IMG/VR virus record: IMGVR_UViG_642918914_000001
Location: 64,001-128,000 of that record
DNA: 64,000 nucleotides
Reading direction: 5' to 3' (one strand)
Origin: a virus
Lineage: Duplodnaviria > Caudoviricetes
Part shown: one piece after another, positions 37,313 through 46,612 of the stretch
How the letters are laid out: each line of letters begins with the position of its first letter
How positions within the stretch are numbered: position 1 is the first letter of the stretch
The notes under the pieces: generated by a model
What the model was told of the DNA's origin: nothing
Seen by the model: only the letters and a program-made list of their open reading frames with translations
The model's database searches: none
Program-made: the position numbers and the translations under genes

Positions 37313-38397
37313 TTGAACTTCTCCATGAGGAAGTACAGCTCGGACGACATGAGGTCGGTAGCCGGAACAGCGAACGACGTGGCCTGTCCCTGAATACGGA
37401 CCATCGTTGCATTGACCGCGGCCAACGTGCCCAGCGTCAGCTTCAGGTTCTTGGTGGCGCCGTGTACCTTGCGATTAGCGTTCGACCACCAGATCTTCTT
37501 GTGCTTGCCGACCACCGCCACGTTCAGCATGAAGGCTGCGATCCACGCGCACTTCTTGACGAAGGAGTAAGGATCACTGACGTCGAGCAGTGCGCGTTGG
37601 ACAGCGGCGTATTGCTTGCTGTACACGCCGATCATCAGATCAGCAGCCAGCTCATCGTCCGGGGACTCGACACTGGAGATGAGATCGGCCAGATGCTCGG
37701 TGCCCAGCTTCTTCGGCTTCTTGTCCAGGCCCTCGTAATACTGCTGGAGCGCTTGCATGAGGTTGGCCAGCGTACGCATCTCGCGATTGCAGCCACGGAC
37801 CAGCGCCTTGAGCACGGTGCGTTCCTCGTCCATCGCATAGCTCATGCCTTCGCCCTTAGCGATGCGCACGGCCTGCTTCAGCAGATCGCTTTCCGACGGT
37901 TCTTGCAGGACGAACTGCGTACATCGACTGAGAATGGCCTTGCCCGTGCGCGTGGTACCGAACTTCTCCGGCTCCATGCTACAGATGATCCACAGCGTGT
38001 CGGGCGACGGCTCTTCCAGCGTCTTCAGCAGGGCCTGCGCCGCCACCTGATTGGACACGATCTGCTGTGCTTCATCGATGAGGATAATGCGCTTGTTGCG
38101 TTGCGGGCGGAAGCGCGAGTTGCGAATCAGGTCACGAACCGCGTCCACCCCGCGTTCGTCGGCGGCATCCACTTCTTTGTAGTCGGTCTGCTTTTCGACC
38201 GGCAACTCGTTCAGTGCGTGCGCCACGCAACGACCAAGCGTGGTCTTGCCAGCCGACGGCGGGCCGAAGAAGGCAATAGCCGACGGGATCTTGCCGCTAG
38301 ACAGCATGCCCTTGAGGCGGGTCACGATCTTTTCCTGGCCAATCACGCGGTCCAGAGTAGTCGGGCGATATTTGCGATGGAAGGCTACTTGAGTCAT
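37309..38397 (-). CDS. dnaX: DNA polymerase III gamma/tau-like clamp loader ATPase
   Basis: HRKYRPTTLDRVIGQE, GPPSAGKTT, EVDAADERGVD, IDEAQ, ALLKTLEEP and SRC. Start at 38397. Confidence 0.92.
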   Translation of the reverse strand: MTQVAFHRKYRPTTLDRVIGQEKIVTRLKGMLSSGKIPSAIAFFGPPSAGKTTLGRCVAHALNELPVEKQTDYKEVDAADERGVDAVRDLIRNSRFRPQRNKRIILIDEAQQIVSNQVAAQALLKTLEEPSPDTLWIICSMEPEKFGTTRTGKAILSRCTQFVLQEPSESDLLKQAVRIAKGEGMSYAMDEERTVLKALVRGCNREMRTLANLMQALQQYYEGLDKKPKKLGTEHLADLISSVESPDDELAADLMIGVYSKQYAAVQRALLDVSDPYSFVKKCAWIAAFMLNVAVVGKHKKIWWSNANRKVHGATKNLKLTLGTLAAVNATMVRIQGQATSFAVPATDLMSSELYFLMEKFK

Positions 38398-38645
38398 CAG
38401 TCTTGTGCCGATTGGGGTTTGGTGGTTGTGTCGAATGGGAACAGCGCACGCGACACAGCGCGATGCACTTCGAGATGTGCCTTGACTTCGCGTGCGACGC
38501 GGGTCCATGCCGGACTGTACAGAAGGACGCCGTACACAGAACCGTCCGGATTGGGATCTGCGCCATGCGCCACGCTCGAGTCGGGATCGATGCCGCGAAT
38601 GCGACACAGTTCACGCGCCGCAACTTCTAGCTGCTTGTCATTCAT
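38397..38645 (-). CDS. Small hypothetical protein
   Basis: TGATG overlap with the dnaX start. Confidence 0.65.
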   Translation of the reverse strand: MNDKQLEVAARELCRIRGIDPDSSVAHGADPNPDGSVYGVLLYSPAWTRVAREVKAHLEVHRAVSRALFPFDTTTKPQSAQD

Positions 38646-38907
38646 CGTCGTCTTCCTCTTCCAGACTTGCCTTGTAGCGTTCGACTTCCTTGTTCAGCAT
38701 GAGCTCCACGTCGTTCGCAATCTGCGAGTAGACAGCGCGGCGCGTCTGCCGTGCGTCATCGTCAGGACCCAGATCGTGAGTCTCCGTGACGGTGATGGAC
38801 AGCGGTTCGAAGCGAGTGACCTGCACTGTTCGACTCACTGTGACGGTGATTTGCGTTGGAGTGCGCTGCGGTTTAAGCGGCTTCTTGGTCTTTGGGCGGC
38901 GTTGCAC
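38638..38907 (-). CDS. Small hypothetical protein
   Basis: ITVTVSRTVQVTRFEPLSITV pattern and an acidic tail. Start uncertain. Confidence 0.6.
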   Translation of the reverse strand: MQRRPKTKKPLKPQRTPTQITVTVSRTVQVTRFEPLSITVTETHDLGPDDDARQTRRAVYSQIANDVELMLNKEVERYKASLEEEDDDE

Positions 38908-39046
38908 TGTGTGACTCCAGATATTCGGTGAGCAGTTCTTCCCACTGCTCGCGTGGTCGGTATTGAGTGTTCTTCTTTCGGTTGTAGTTGAACTCGAAAT
39001 CTTCGAGCTCCTGCGCCTTCTCTTTCAGGAAATCTTTCAACTGCAT
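38873..39046 (-). CDS. Small hypothetical protein (57 aa, not in ORF track)
   Basis: Manual translation gives MQLKDFLKEKAQELEDFEFNYNRKKNTQYRPREQWEELLTEYLESHSATPPKDQEAA. It fills the gap after the nuclease gene. Confidence 0.55.
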   Translation of the reverse strand: MQLKDFLKEKAQELEDFEFNYNRKKNTQYRPREQWEELLTEYLESHSATPPKDQEAA

Positions 39047-39054
39047 TCTAACCC

Positions 39055-39984
39055 CTATTTACGGCGTTTGGCTTCAGCATCCAGCTTGTCCTGTGCGCGC
39101 TGCGCGTGACCGCGGATCGGCACATGACCCTTATTCTTTCCAAGGTTGTAGGCGGACAGCAGCTCGCGGCGCACTTGCTTGTCATCCATCTTGCTGCAGA
39201 CTGGGCAGTACTCACCCTTGCAACGACCCCAATCCATCAACGCCAACACTTCGGACTTGGACGCAGCGTCTAGTGCCGCGCGATGCATCTTCTTGTAGCG
39301 AGACAGACGTTGCTTCACACGCTTGCGCGTTTCGTCGGTCAGCGGTCGCACCCACAGCACCGGGTCCGTGGTCACCGGATTGTCACGCAGGATGAAAGCG
39401 TCAGCATATCCAGCGATCTTCAACCCGTACTGCAATTCGACCAGCACTGCGTACGTCTCGATCTGTTCGCGGTAGGTAGCTCCTGGATCTTTCTTCTTGC
39501 CCGGCGCGCCCTTTACGCTCGTCGTCTTGAAGTCGACAATCCAAAGGCGTCCTTCCTTGTCCTTGTAGATGGCGTCGATGTGACCGTGGATGCCCTTGTA
39601 GTCGATCTCCACTTCATGATACTGCGTCGGATGGTCGCAGCATTCATGAACGTATGACATGCGATGCCACTTCTTGCAGTGCGTGCAGTGGTAGTCAGCG
39701 AGCAGCTGTCCGCTGCGGCTGAGGAAGTTCTGAAGCACTTCGTGAACAACAGTTCCCACTCGCGTGTAGAAAGCAGAGCCAAAGTCTTCCAACCCATACA
39801 ATCCACGCGATGCATGGTTGATGAAGAAGGAAGTGGGGCAGAATGGCATCTGCGACGGACGCAGATAAAGAACGCGGGACGGGCTGGTCTTCGTCAGGAA
39901 CGTCTGGTTTTTGATCAGACGCTTGAAAACACCAACGAAGTCAGAGGCCAGCGTGTGATTTGAGAGTGGGCGGATTTCGATCAT
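39055..39984 (-). CDS. Cas4-like PD-(D/E)XK exonuclease
   Basis: RPSQMPFCP, GTVVHEVLQ, GHIDAI..IVDFKT, QIETY and C-terminal CKGEYCPVC give a 1+3 Cys (Fe-S-type) arrangement. Confidence 0.8.
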   Translation of the reverse strand: MIEIRPLSNHTLASDFVGVFKRLIKNQTFLTKTSPSRVLYLRPSQMPFCPTSFFINHASRGLYGLEDFGSAFYTRVGTVVHEVLQNFLSRSGQLLADYHCTHCKKWHRMSYVHECCDHPTQYHEVEIDYKGIHGHIDAIYKDKEGRLWIVDFKTTSVKGAPGKKKDPGATYREQIETYAVLVELQYGLKIAGYADAFILRDNPVTTDPVLWVRPLTDETRKRVKQRLSRYKKMHRAALDAASKSEVLALMDWGRCKGEYCPVCSKMDDKQVRRELLSAYNLGKNKGHVPIRGHAQRAQDKLDAEAKRRK

Positions 39985-40008
39985 GCAGTGTCCTTCAGGG
40001 CTTACCTA

Positions 40009-40050
40009 TATTTACTGGGTGCCATCAAATTCACCTGTCGCAAATTTGAT
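40009..40050. promoter_or_regulatory. Divergent control region: GTAAATA(-) and AATTTGAT(-) toward the replication block, AATTTGAT(+) toward the tail fibre
   Basis: TATTTAC at 40009-40015, ATCAAATT at 40024-40031 and AATTTGAT at 40043-40050. Confidence 0.6.
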
Positions 40051-40082
40051 GTCAGCAGTATCCATGATCTAATGGAGTCCAT

Positions 40083-43000
40083 ATGAAGATTTCTTTGACG
40101 CAGGCTGGTGTCAACCTGCTGAATTCCAATCAAGGGCCAGTCACCGTCACCAGCTTCCAAGTGGGTGCGGGCTTCGGCTATACGCCCTCGCTTTCCGACA
40201 CAGCGCTGCACGGCGCCCTGCTGTTCACGGGACAGCCGACGGCACCAGTCGCCGTCAACGCCAACGTCGTCAAGTATTCTGCCTATCTCGATTTCAATCT
40301 GGGGCCGTTCGCCTTCGGTGAAGTCGGTCTGTTCGTCGGCAACACCCTGTTCGCACTGGCAGCAGCTGATGAGCTGATCCAAAAGCTGGCGACCGGCAGC
40401 ACGCCTGGGAACAGTGTACGCATCGACATGTATCTGTCGATGGTTGGTCAGAATTACGCGATGTGGTTGAATCTGGCCACCTCCAACAACGAGTTCCAGA
40501 TGGCAATTCTGCCGTCGGTGGACAATCTGCCGCCGTCGTCGCAAGCAGTGCCCAACGCCTATGTGGTGAGCGGCAACGCCCAGAGTTCGGCGTTCATGGC
40601 GTACACCGATCAGAACGGCTTCTGGAATTTCGACGCATACGCCTACTTCAATCAGGCGTCGGTTGTGATCACCGGGGCAACGGCCACCAGCATCACGATC
40701 GGACTGGGTTCGTATCTGCCGGGCTTCACGCCGTCCTATCCGGGATCGGTGCTGCTGGAATTCAGCAGCGGGCAGAACTACAGCATCTGCCGTCAGGTCA
40801 CTTCGACTGTGATCTCGGGGTCCAACGTCACGATCAGCTTCAGCACCCCACTCATGGTGTTGCCTGCCGCTGGCGACAGCGTCACGTTCTTCGGTCGCCA
40901 GCAACTGAGCACGACCATCCCAAATCTGCCGATCGCAACCAGCACGACTCTGGGCGCGGTGATCGTTGGCACGAGCTTGACGGTGGACGCCACGGGCCTC
41001 ATCAATGTGGCGCCAACCGCGTATCCTGTCTCGTCGGTGAACGGCAAGACGGGAGCTGTCGTGCTCACGGCGACGGACATCAGCGGGTTTGCAACCGTCG
41101 CGCGTACAGGTTTGTACAGCGATCTGATTGGCGCTCCGGGGGCCTACACGTTGCCCGTTGCCACTACGACCACGTTGGGCGGCGTCAAAGTGCCGACCAC
41201 CGGTAATCTGTCGGTTGATGGAACGGGCAACCTGAGTCTGGGCTTCAATCCGGTCAAGTCGGTGAATACCAATCTGCCTGATGCCAATGGCAACGTGACG
41301 ATCAACATCCCGACGCCTCCGCCGCAGGTAGTGTACATCGGTCTGGTGCAGCCAGCCGCAATCGCCAGTGGACAGGACTTCAACCAGATGCAGACTACTG
41401 GCCTGTTCTACGCGACGGATGCGGTAGCCAGTTCGCTGATCAACGCGCCAATCACTACGACGGGCGGTACGCTGGACATCGAACCGTTCTCGACGACGGC
41501 AAGTGGTGGCGATGTGATCCAACGATACACAACGCAAGACACTATCTACTGGCGACGCTATGTCCAGTCGTCCAACACGTGGACGTCGTGGGTTGGTACC
41601 ATCACCAGCGCAGGAGCCATTCCGGTGGCGACGTCGACTGTTCTGGGTGGAATCAAGGTAGGCGCCAACCTGACGGTGACTGGAGACGGCACGCTGTCTG
41701 CTACTCCTTACTCACTGCCAACGGCCAGCAGCACGGTTCTGGGTGGGATCAAGGTGGGCAGCGGTCTGTCGATCGATGGCAGCGGGGTGTTGAGTGCGTC
41801 GAGCAGCTTGACGGCTCCCAATATCATGTACAATGGAAGCGGCGAGTTTGGGGCCACTGGCTGGACGGTACCTGCCAACTTCGCGTTCGTACGTGATCCG
41901 TCCTACGGTCCACTGTTCCAGAACACGAGTGCGCTGACTACTGCCAGCTTCACGCTCAGCACACCGAAGGTTACGGTAGATCCCAACGTCAGTCATTACG
42001 CGTCGGTAGATTTGACGGTGGGCTTGTCCGCGGGTAACGTTACACTGAATCTCATCTCGTACGACGGCAGCAACAATCCGACCACAGTTGCTACGCAGAC
42101 GTTCACCGCGGCGTCTGTGTTCTCGCGTCAGTTTGTTGGCGGATTCTTGCCGTCAAACGCGGTGACTGCGGCGGTCACCATAGTTGGTGCGGGAGTCAGT
42201 GCCAACATCGCGGGCATCCAGGTGCGTCGCGTGAAGCTGGAAGCTGCGTCGTCGCCGAGTGCCTACTCCGTGGAAGCCGATGTGGTTCCCGCAACGACTA
42301 CGGCCTTGGGTTTGGTGAAGGTGGGCGCCAACTTGGCGGTGGCCGCAGATGGAACGCTGTCGGCCACCGCCCAGCCGTTGAGTCCGGCGACCACCACGAC
42401 GCTTGGTGGGGTACAGATTCCGGTCGCAAGCAGTCTGTCGGTGGATGGAGCGGGCAATCTGTCGTTCGTGCAGAACGCCAACATGCTGTCCAACAGCAGC
42501 GGTGGAAGCGGCACGTTGGGCTGGAACATTCCAGCGTCGTTCTCCGTAGTGAATAGCTACGGCCCGATCTTCATTAGCAACACCACGCTCAGCGGCGTGT
42601 CGACGGGTATCATCACCCCGAAAGCGCCTGCGCTGGCAAGCACGACCTACACCCTGTCAGGCGACATCTACAACGTGAGCACGGCTGGCACCATCCAGCT
42701 GGCGATCGTTGCCTACGACAGTGGCGGCACGATGATTGGGTCTGGCGCTTTTGCGTCTTCCAGCAACGCGCCGAATGGTGGGTGGAGTCGTATCAGCGTA
42801 ACAGGAACTACGCCCGCAGGCACTGCATTCTTGGCTGCAGACGTGTTCTTGAGTGGAGTGAGCGCACCTGTGAGCGGGGTTGCATTCCGTCGCCTGAAGC
42901 TGGAATTGGGGTCCACGCCTACTGCCTACTCTGTGGAAGGCGACATCCTGACGGCTACGACCACGATGACTGGTCTGGTGAAGGGTGGTGGAACCAACAT

Positions 43001-43757
43001 CACCATCGCGGCTGATGGGACGTTGAACGTGCCGACTGGCGCCGGTTATTCGTTGCCGGTTGCTACCGCTTCAGTGTTGGGTGGCGTTAAGCCTAGCACT
43101 GGACTCGCGGTAGACGGCACGGGTGTACTGACCTTGGCGCCGGGTGGCACTACAGCACAGTGGGTACTCGGCAACGGTACGGTCAGCAACACGCTGTCAG
43201 GCACTGCCACGATCAACGGTACAATCAACGTAGGTACCGACTCCGCGATCAGCATGAACGGGGCCAGCAACTCGATCTTGCAGTTGAAGACGACTAGCTA
43301 TAACCGGTTGATGTATCTTGAGAACGGAGCCGGTAACATCATCTTCGCGGTCAGTAATGGCAGCTTTGGTGCTACGTCAACGCTAATGACCATTAGCGGT
43401 ACCGGTATGGTGTCAGCCACCGATTTCACGGCAACGTCAGATCGTAACGCCAAGACCGACATACAACCTCTGGTTGGTGCACGAGCGCTTGTGCTCGGCA
43501 TGCAGGGCATGTCGTTCACGATGAAGGCCAGTGGGAAGAAGAGCGTGGGCTTCATCGCGCAGGACTTCCAGCCCCATCAGTATCTGAAGGACTTGGTGCA
43601 TACGAACGAAGACGGCACGCTGTCGCTGTCTTACGGACCCGTGAGCGCGGTACTGGTCGAAGCGTTCAAGGAGCAAGACGAAGAGCTCCAGATGCTGAAG
43701 CTCCGCATCAAGCAGCTGGAAGCGCTGGTCGACAATCTGGTTGGCGATAGTAAGTAA
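40083..43757 (+). CDS. Long tail fibre 1 with knob, two CBM-like domains and C-terminal intramolecular chaperone (peptidase S74)
   Basis: N-terminal LTQAG..LL...FGEVGLF baseplate-attachment pattern. PVATTTTLGGVKV repeats. Knob-like DFNQ..TGLFY...QRY...W.SW. Two N.L.N.SG..G..GW...KLE domains. TSDRNAKTDI...GFIAQD chaperone. Confidence 0.88.
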   Translation: MKISLTQAGVNLLNSNQGPVTVTSFQVGAGFGYTPSLSDTALHGALLFTGQPTAPVAVNANVVKYSAYLDFNLGPFAFGEVGLFVGNTLFALAAADELIQKLATGSTPGNSVRIDMYLSMVGQNYAMWLNLATSNNEFQMAILPSVDNLPPSSQAVPNAYVVSGNAQSSAFMAYTDQNGFWNFDAYAYFNQASVVITGATATSITIGLGSYLPGFTPSYPGSVLLEFSSGQNYSICRQVTSTVISGSNVTISFSTPLMVLPAAGDSVTFFGRQQLSTTIPNLPIATSTTLGAVIVGTSLTVDATGLINVAPTAYPVSSVNGKTGAVVLTATDISGFATVARTGLYSDLIGAPGAYTLPVATTTTLGGVKVPTTGNLSVDGTGNLSLGFNPVKSVNTNLPDANGNVTINIPTPPPQVVYIGLVQPAAIASGQDFNQMQTTGLFYATDAVASSLINAPITTTGGTLDIEPFSTTASGGDVIQRYTTQDTIYWRRYVQSSNTWTSWVGTITSAGAIPVATSTVLGGIKVGANLTVTGDGTLSATPYSLPTASSTVLGGIKVGSGLSIDGSGVLSASSSLTAPNIMYNGSGEFGATGWTVPANFAFVRDPSYGPLFQNTSALTTASFTLSTPKVTVDPNVSHYASVDLTVGLSAGNVTLNLISYDGSNNPTTVATQTFTAASVFSRQFVGGFLPSNAVTAAVTIVGAGVSANIAGIQVRRVKLEAASSPSAYSVEADVVPATTTALGLVKVGANLAVAADGTLSATAQPLSPATTTTLGGVQIPVASSLSVDGAGNLSFVQNANMLSNSSGGSGTLGWNIPASFSVVNSYGPIFISNTTLSGVSTGIITPKAPALASTTYTLSGDIYNVSTAGTIQLAIVAYDSGGTMIGSGAFASSSNAPNGGWSRISVTGTTPAGTAFLAADVFLSGVSAPVSGVAFRRLKLELGSTPTAYSVEGDILTATTTMTGLVKGGGTNITIAADGTLNVPTGAGYSLPVATASVLGGVKPSTGLAVDGTGVLTLAPGGTTAQWVLGNGTVSNTLSGTATINGTINVGTDSAISMNGASNSILQLKTTSYNRLMYLENGAGNIIFAVSNGSFGATSTLMTISGTGMVSATDFTATSDRNAKTDIQPLVGARALVLGMQGMSFTMKASGKKSVGFIAQDFQPHQYLKDLVHTNEDGTLSLSYGPVSAVLVEAFKEQDEELQMLKLRIKQLEALVDNLVGDSK

Positions 43758-43797
43758 GGGATGGGGCTTCGGCCCCTTCCTATCAATTGGAGGACTG

Positions 43798-44331
43798 ATG
43801 GCAACCCCTGCTCTACCACTCAAGCTGTCTCAAGTCTGGTCTGAGATAAATCTCAAAACTGGAACAGGGAATAATCTGAACAATCCTCTGTGCATAGCCC
43901 TTCGTAATCAAGGGAACTGGCCTAACCCGCCTTCAACTGCGCTTCCCATTCTGCTGTCGCAGCTCGCAAGTAAGACTGCGTTGGTGACCCTACAAGCCAC
44001 GACGACGAGTGACGGTAACAGTGTGTTCGGCACTATTTGGCAAGGTGCAGGAAGTCAGTTCACTGCGGGCACCACATTCGGTTCCATCTCCGGCGCCTCC
44101 AGCTCTGTGCTTACGCTGAACAACTCCTTGCACGTGTACACTGGTTCGCTGTCGGTTATGGTGTTCACAAGCAACTGGAGTACGCTGGTAATGAACAAGT
44201 CCTACGCGTACAACGGAGCTTCGGGCAACAACGACACGTGGTGGACGTCCGGTGTAGCTCTTGGGCTTTCTGGCAGTACGACCCTACAACTTCGTCATAG
44301 GTCACTAGACATTAACGGATCTAACCCATGA
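43798..44331 (+). CDS. Putative tail-fibre tip adhesin A (true stop probably 44308 if one extra C is removed)
   Basis: RBS GGAGGA. N-terminal LKLSQVWSEIN...LLSQLASK resembles adhesins that follow chaperoned fibres. The +1 frame at 44285 gives YNFVIGH*, matching the paralog end RNFVILI*. Confidence 0.6.
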   Translation: MATPALPLKLSQVWSEINLKTGTGNNLNNPLCIALRNQGNWPNPPSTALPILLSQLASKTALVTLQATTTSDGNSVFGTIWQGAGSQFTAGTTFGSISGASSSVLTLNNSLHVYTGSLSVMVFTSNWSTLVMNKSYAYNGASGNNDTWWTSGVALGLSGSTTLQLRHRSLDINGSNP

Positions 44332-44905
44332 CTCTACCTTCGGGCAGCTTCAGCTTATCTCAAGTGTGGAGCGAGATCAATGTGCAGTTCTACTCGCCGC
44401 CAGGAGGATTCCTCGGTTCACAATCTGACAAATACTCCAGTCCGCTATTTGGCGAGCAGTGGCTGGGGCTCGGCTAACGTTCCGATCAAATCGTTGCCAA
44501 TAAGTACGGCCGATTTGCGAGGTAAGACGGCGTACATGTGGGTACAGGCGACTGTCATATACGACTCGTCAAGTGCCGTACTGACGTTCGGCAGAAGCAA
44601 CGTCATCTGGGGCTACTTCCGGTTCTCAATTCGTAGACTCCGGAGTCTACGTCTACGGCCTGTACAATCAATTCAGCACCTTCAACTATTCTAGTCTCAT
44701 CCTGAACAATTCGTATAACTATAAGAGCAGCATTCGGGTGTTCATGTACGATAGCAATTGGGCCACGCTATACAACGGCATGACCTTCAACTACAGCGCA
44801 AGCCAAAGCAGCGGCGGAATCGCTGAATTCAACGGACCAACTGGTGTCAACTTCTTCACGTCGGGCGACCAAAATCAGGTGCGCAACTTCGTGATCTTAA
44901 TCTAG
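44328..44905 (+). pseudogene. Putative tail-fibre tip adhesin B, paralog of A, with two +1 frameshifts (~44410, ~44596)
   Basis: Three frames join as MTLPSGSFSLSQVWSEIN / HNLTNTPVRYLA...ISTADLRGKTA / SSLILNNSY...VFMYDSNWATL...NFVILI. The span is 578 nt, i.e. 192 codons plus 2. Confidence 0.65.
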
Positions 44906-44915
44906 GGGATTCTAT

Positions 44916-45287
44916 ATGTCTCGATTCAAGCTTCTCTGTCTTTGGGCGATCATCACCGTGATGAGTCCCGTTCTGCTGTTCGCCATGCTGGTGCAGGCCA
45001 GTCTAGGCAGCGACCGTCGGGCGAAGGCCATGGCCATTGCCTACGACGAATGCGGAAACGCGCTGTTCGGTGGTCCGCCGCAGCAGACCATCAGTGCGCG
45101 GACCGGCAACGCGCTGATCCTTGGAGATGAGTGGGGAAAGTGGGTGGCGCCCATCATTGATGCGTTCTTCGGGCGCGGCCATTGTCTGTCGAATGTGGAT
45201 GTGCCACCCACCTCGCTGGACGAGGATCAACGGGTGGCGATCCGACAGGCATACAAAGACCAAGAGTTGGACAACTGTCCGTACTAG
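44916..45287 (+). CDS. Small membrane-anchored phage protein
   Basis: N-terminal TM segment. The GNALFGG...TISAR.G...W...ID.FF...HC pattern is one I associate with tail- or lysis-adjacent phage genes. Confidence 0.65.
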   Translation: MSRFKLLCLWAIITVMSPVLLFAMLVQASLGSDRRAKAMAIAYDECGNALFGGPPQQTISARTGNALILGDEWGKWVAPIIDAFFGRGHCLSNVDVPPTSLDEDQRVAIRQAYKDQELDNCPY

Positions 45288-46190
45288 CCGAACAGTCCCT
45301 TGGTCTTCGGGTAGAGGAACAGGTGGTAGTCGTGATAGTTCCGCGTCAACCACTTGTTCTTCGACTTCGTACGACGTAACTTCCACTGGTCGGGGGATGC
45401 AGGAGGCAAGGCTTCCGTAACCAACGTGACGAGCTTTCTATTGAGGCGGAGATGTTCCTGATGCACTGTCAGGTATGTCTTCGCCTCTTTGTCTTTTGGC
45501 CATCCACTTTGTGACTGACCCGTACTCATTCAGCAGCTTCTTGACCCGAGCTGGCTTCATGTTGGGAAGCGGCATGATGTTGTCGCCCGGGTCCCCAAGA
45601 AGCGTCTGGTACGCAATCATCTGACGCGGCAACACGCCAAACTTCTTGACGCAATCTTCCTCCGTGATGAAGCGAGGTTTGGACTTGCCGTCCTTGCCCT
45701 TTGCGCTGCTGTCGTACAAGCGAACGGATGGCCGCAGATACTGATAGGCGTCCTTGTCTTTCGTCCCACAGATCACTGTGTGTTCGTTGCCGAACGCATG
45801 AGCCACCGAACACAACACGTCGTCCGCTTCGTACTTCGGGGGCTGATAGTAGGCGAGTCCCACTTCGTCGAACAGCTGATAGATGCCGGGTAGCGCGCCG
45901 TACACTTGGTCCCGCAGGTCTCCGCGCACTGGACCGTTCTCCGCGTCATGCTGGCCGTCATTCAGACGACCTTCTCGACGGTTCGCCTTGTACTCTGGAT
46001 ACAGCTTGTTGCGGAACAGGCGTGCGCCGTCGAACGCAACGAGCGTGGCATGCGCCTTCAACTGTAGCGCATCCTTCATCACCATTGCCAGAACGTCGTA
46101 TGGCAAACCCTCTGCCATCGGCAGTATGCTCTTGTAGACGTGTGCCGCTCGCCACAAGTACCAGTTCCCGTCCACTACGAAGATCCGCAT
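45284..46190 (-). CDS. 5'-3' exonuclease / RNase H (FEN/PolA N-terminal-like), apparent +1 frameshift at 45494-45497
   Basis: VVDGNW, VAFDG, FRNKLYPEYKANR, EADDV, KDKD and LGDPGDNI. ...KWMAK continues as DKEAKTYL...LRLNRKLVTL after removing one A. Confidence 0.85.
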
Positions 46191-46483
46191 TAGTGCACCC
46201 GTGTCGAATGTGTGCCGGTGGTCTTCACATCGACCACCAGAATCAGCTCGTCGTCCCACTCATCTGCGGGCAACAGTGCTGCGTTCATGATGCGTGCTTC
46301 ATACTGCGGTCCAAACTTCGTCTTCAGACTGCGGTCCACGCGCTCGATCCACTGATCTGCGTCGGTTGTCAGATCAACGGCTGTGCTGTTCTTGATGCGA
46401 CGCTCCAGCCATCCGATGACTTGCGGGCGATCGCCGATCAAGGCCACGTTGTCCGTCACTGTGTAGCTCACAAATGTTCGCAT
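46190..46483 (-). CDS. Hypothetical protein
   Basis: RBS AAGGAG. GTAAATA 22 nt upstream. TAATG overlap with the exonuclease. Confidence 0.7.
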   Translation of the reverse strand: MRTFVSYTVTDNVALIGDRPQVIGWLERRIKNSTAVDLTTDADQWIERVDRSLKTKFGPQYEARIMNAALLPADEWDDELILVVDVKTTGTHSTRVH

Positions 46484-46612
46484 TTGAGTTCTCCTTCTAC
46501 TCCATATTTACTACGGGCGCGCATGGCTAACCTCAAATTTGATTTCATGTGGTGGGAGTTCATTTGGCCGATGCAGCAAGGTCGGCGGTAGCATTACTGA
46601 TAAGGATAGAGT

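Noticed and set aside
38638-39046. Possible single gene split by a frameshift
   Set aside because: Both short ORFs are plausible separately and no homology evidence is available to join them.
39055-40050. CRISPR-Cas locus around the Cas4-like gene
   Set aside because: No repeat-spacer array or other cas genes. All tandem repeats seen are in-frame coding repeats.
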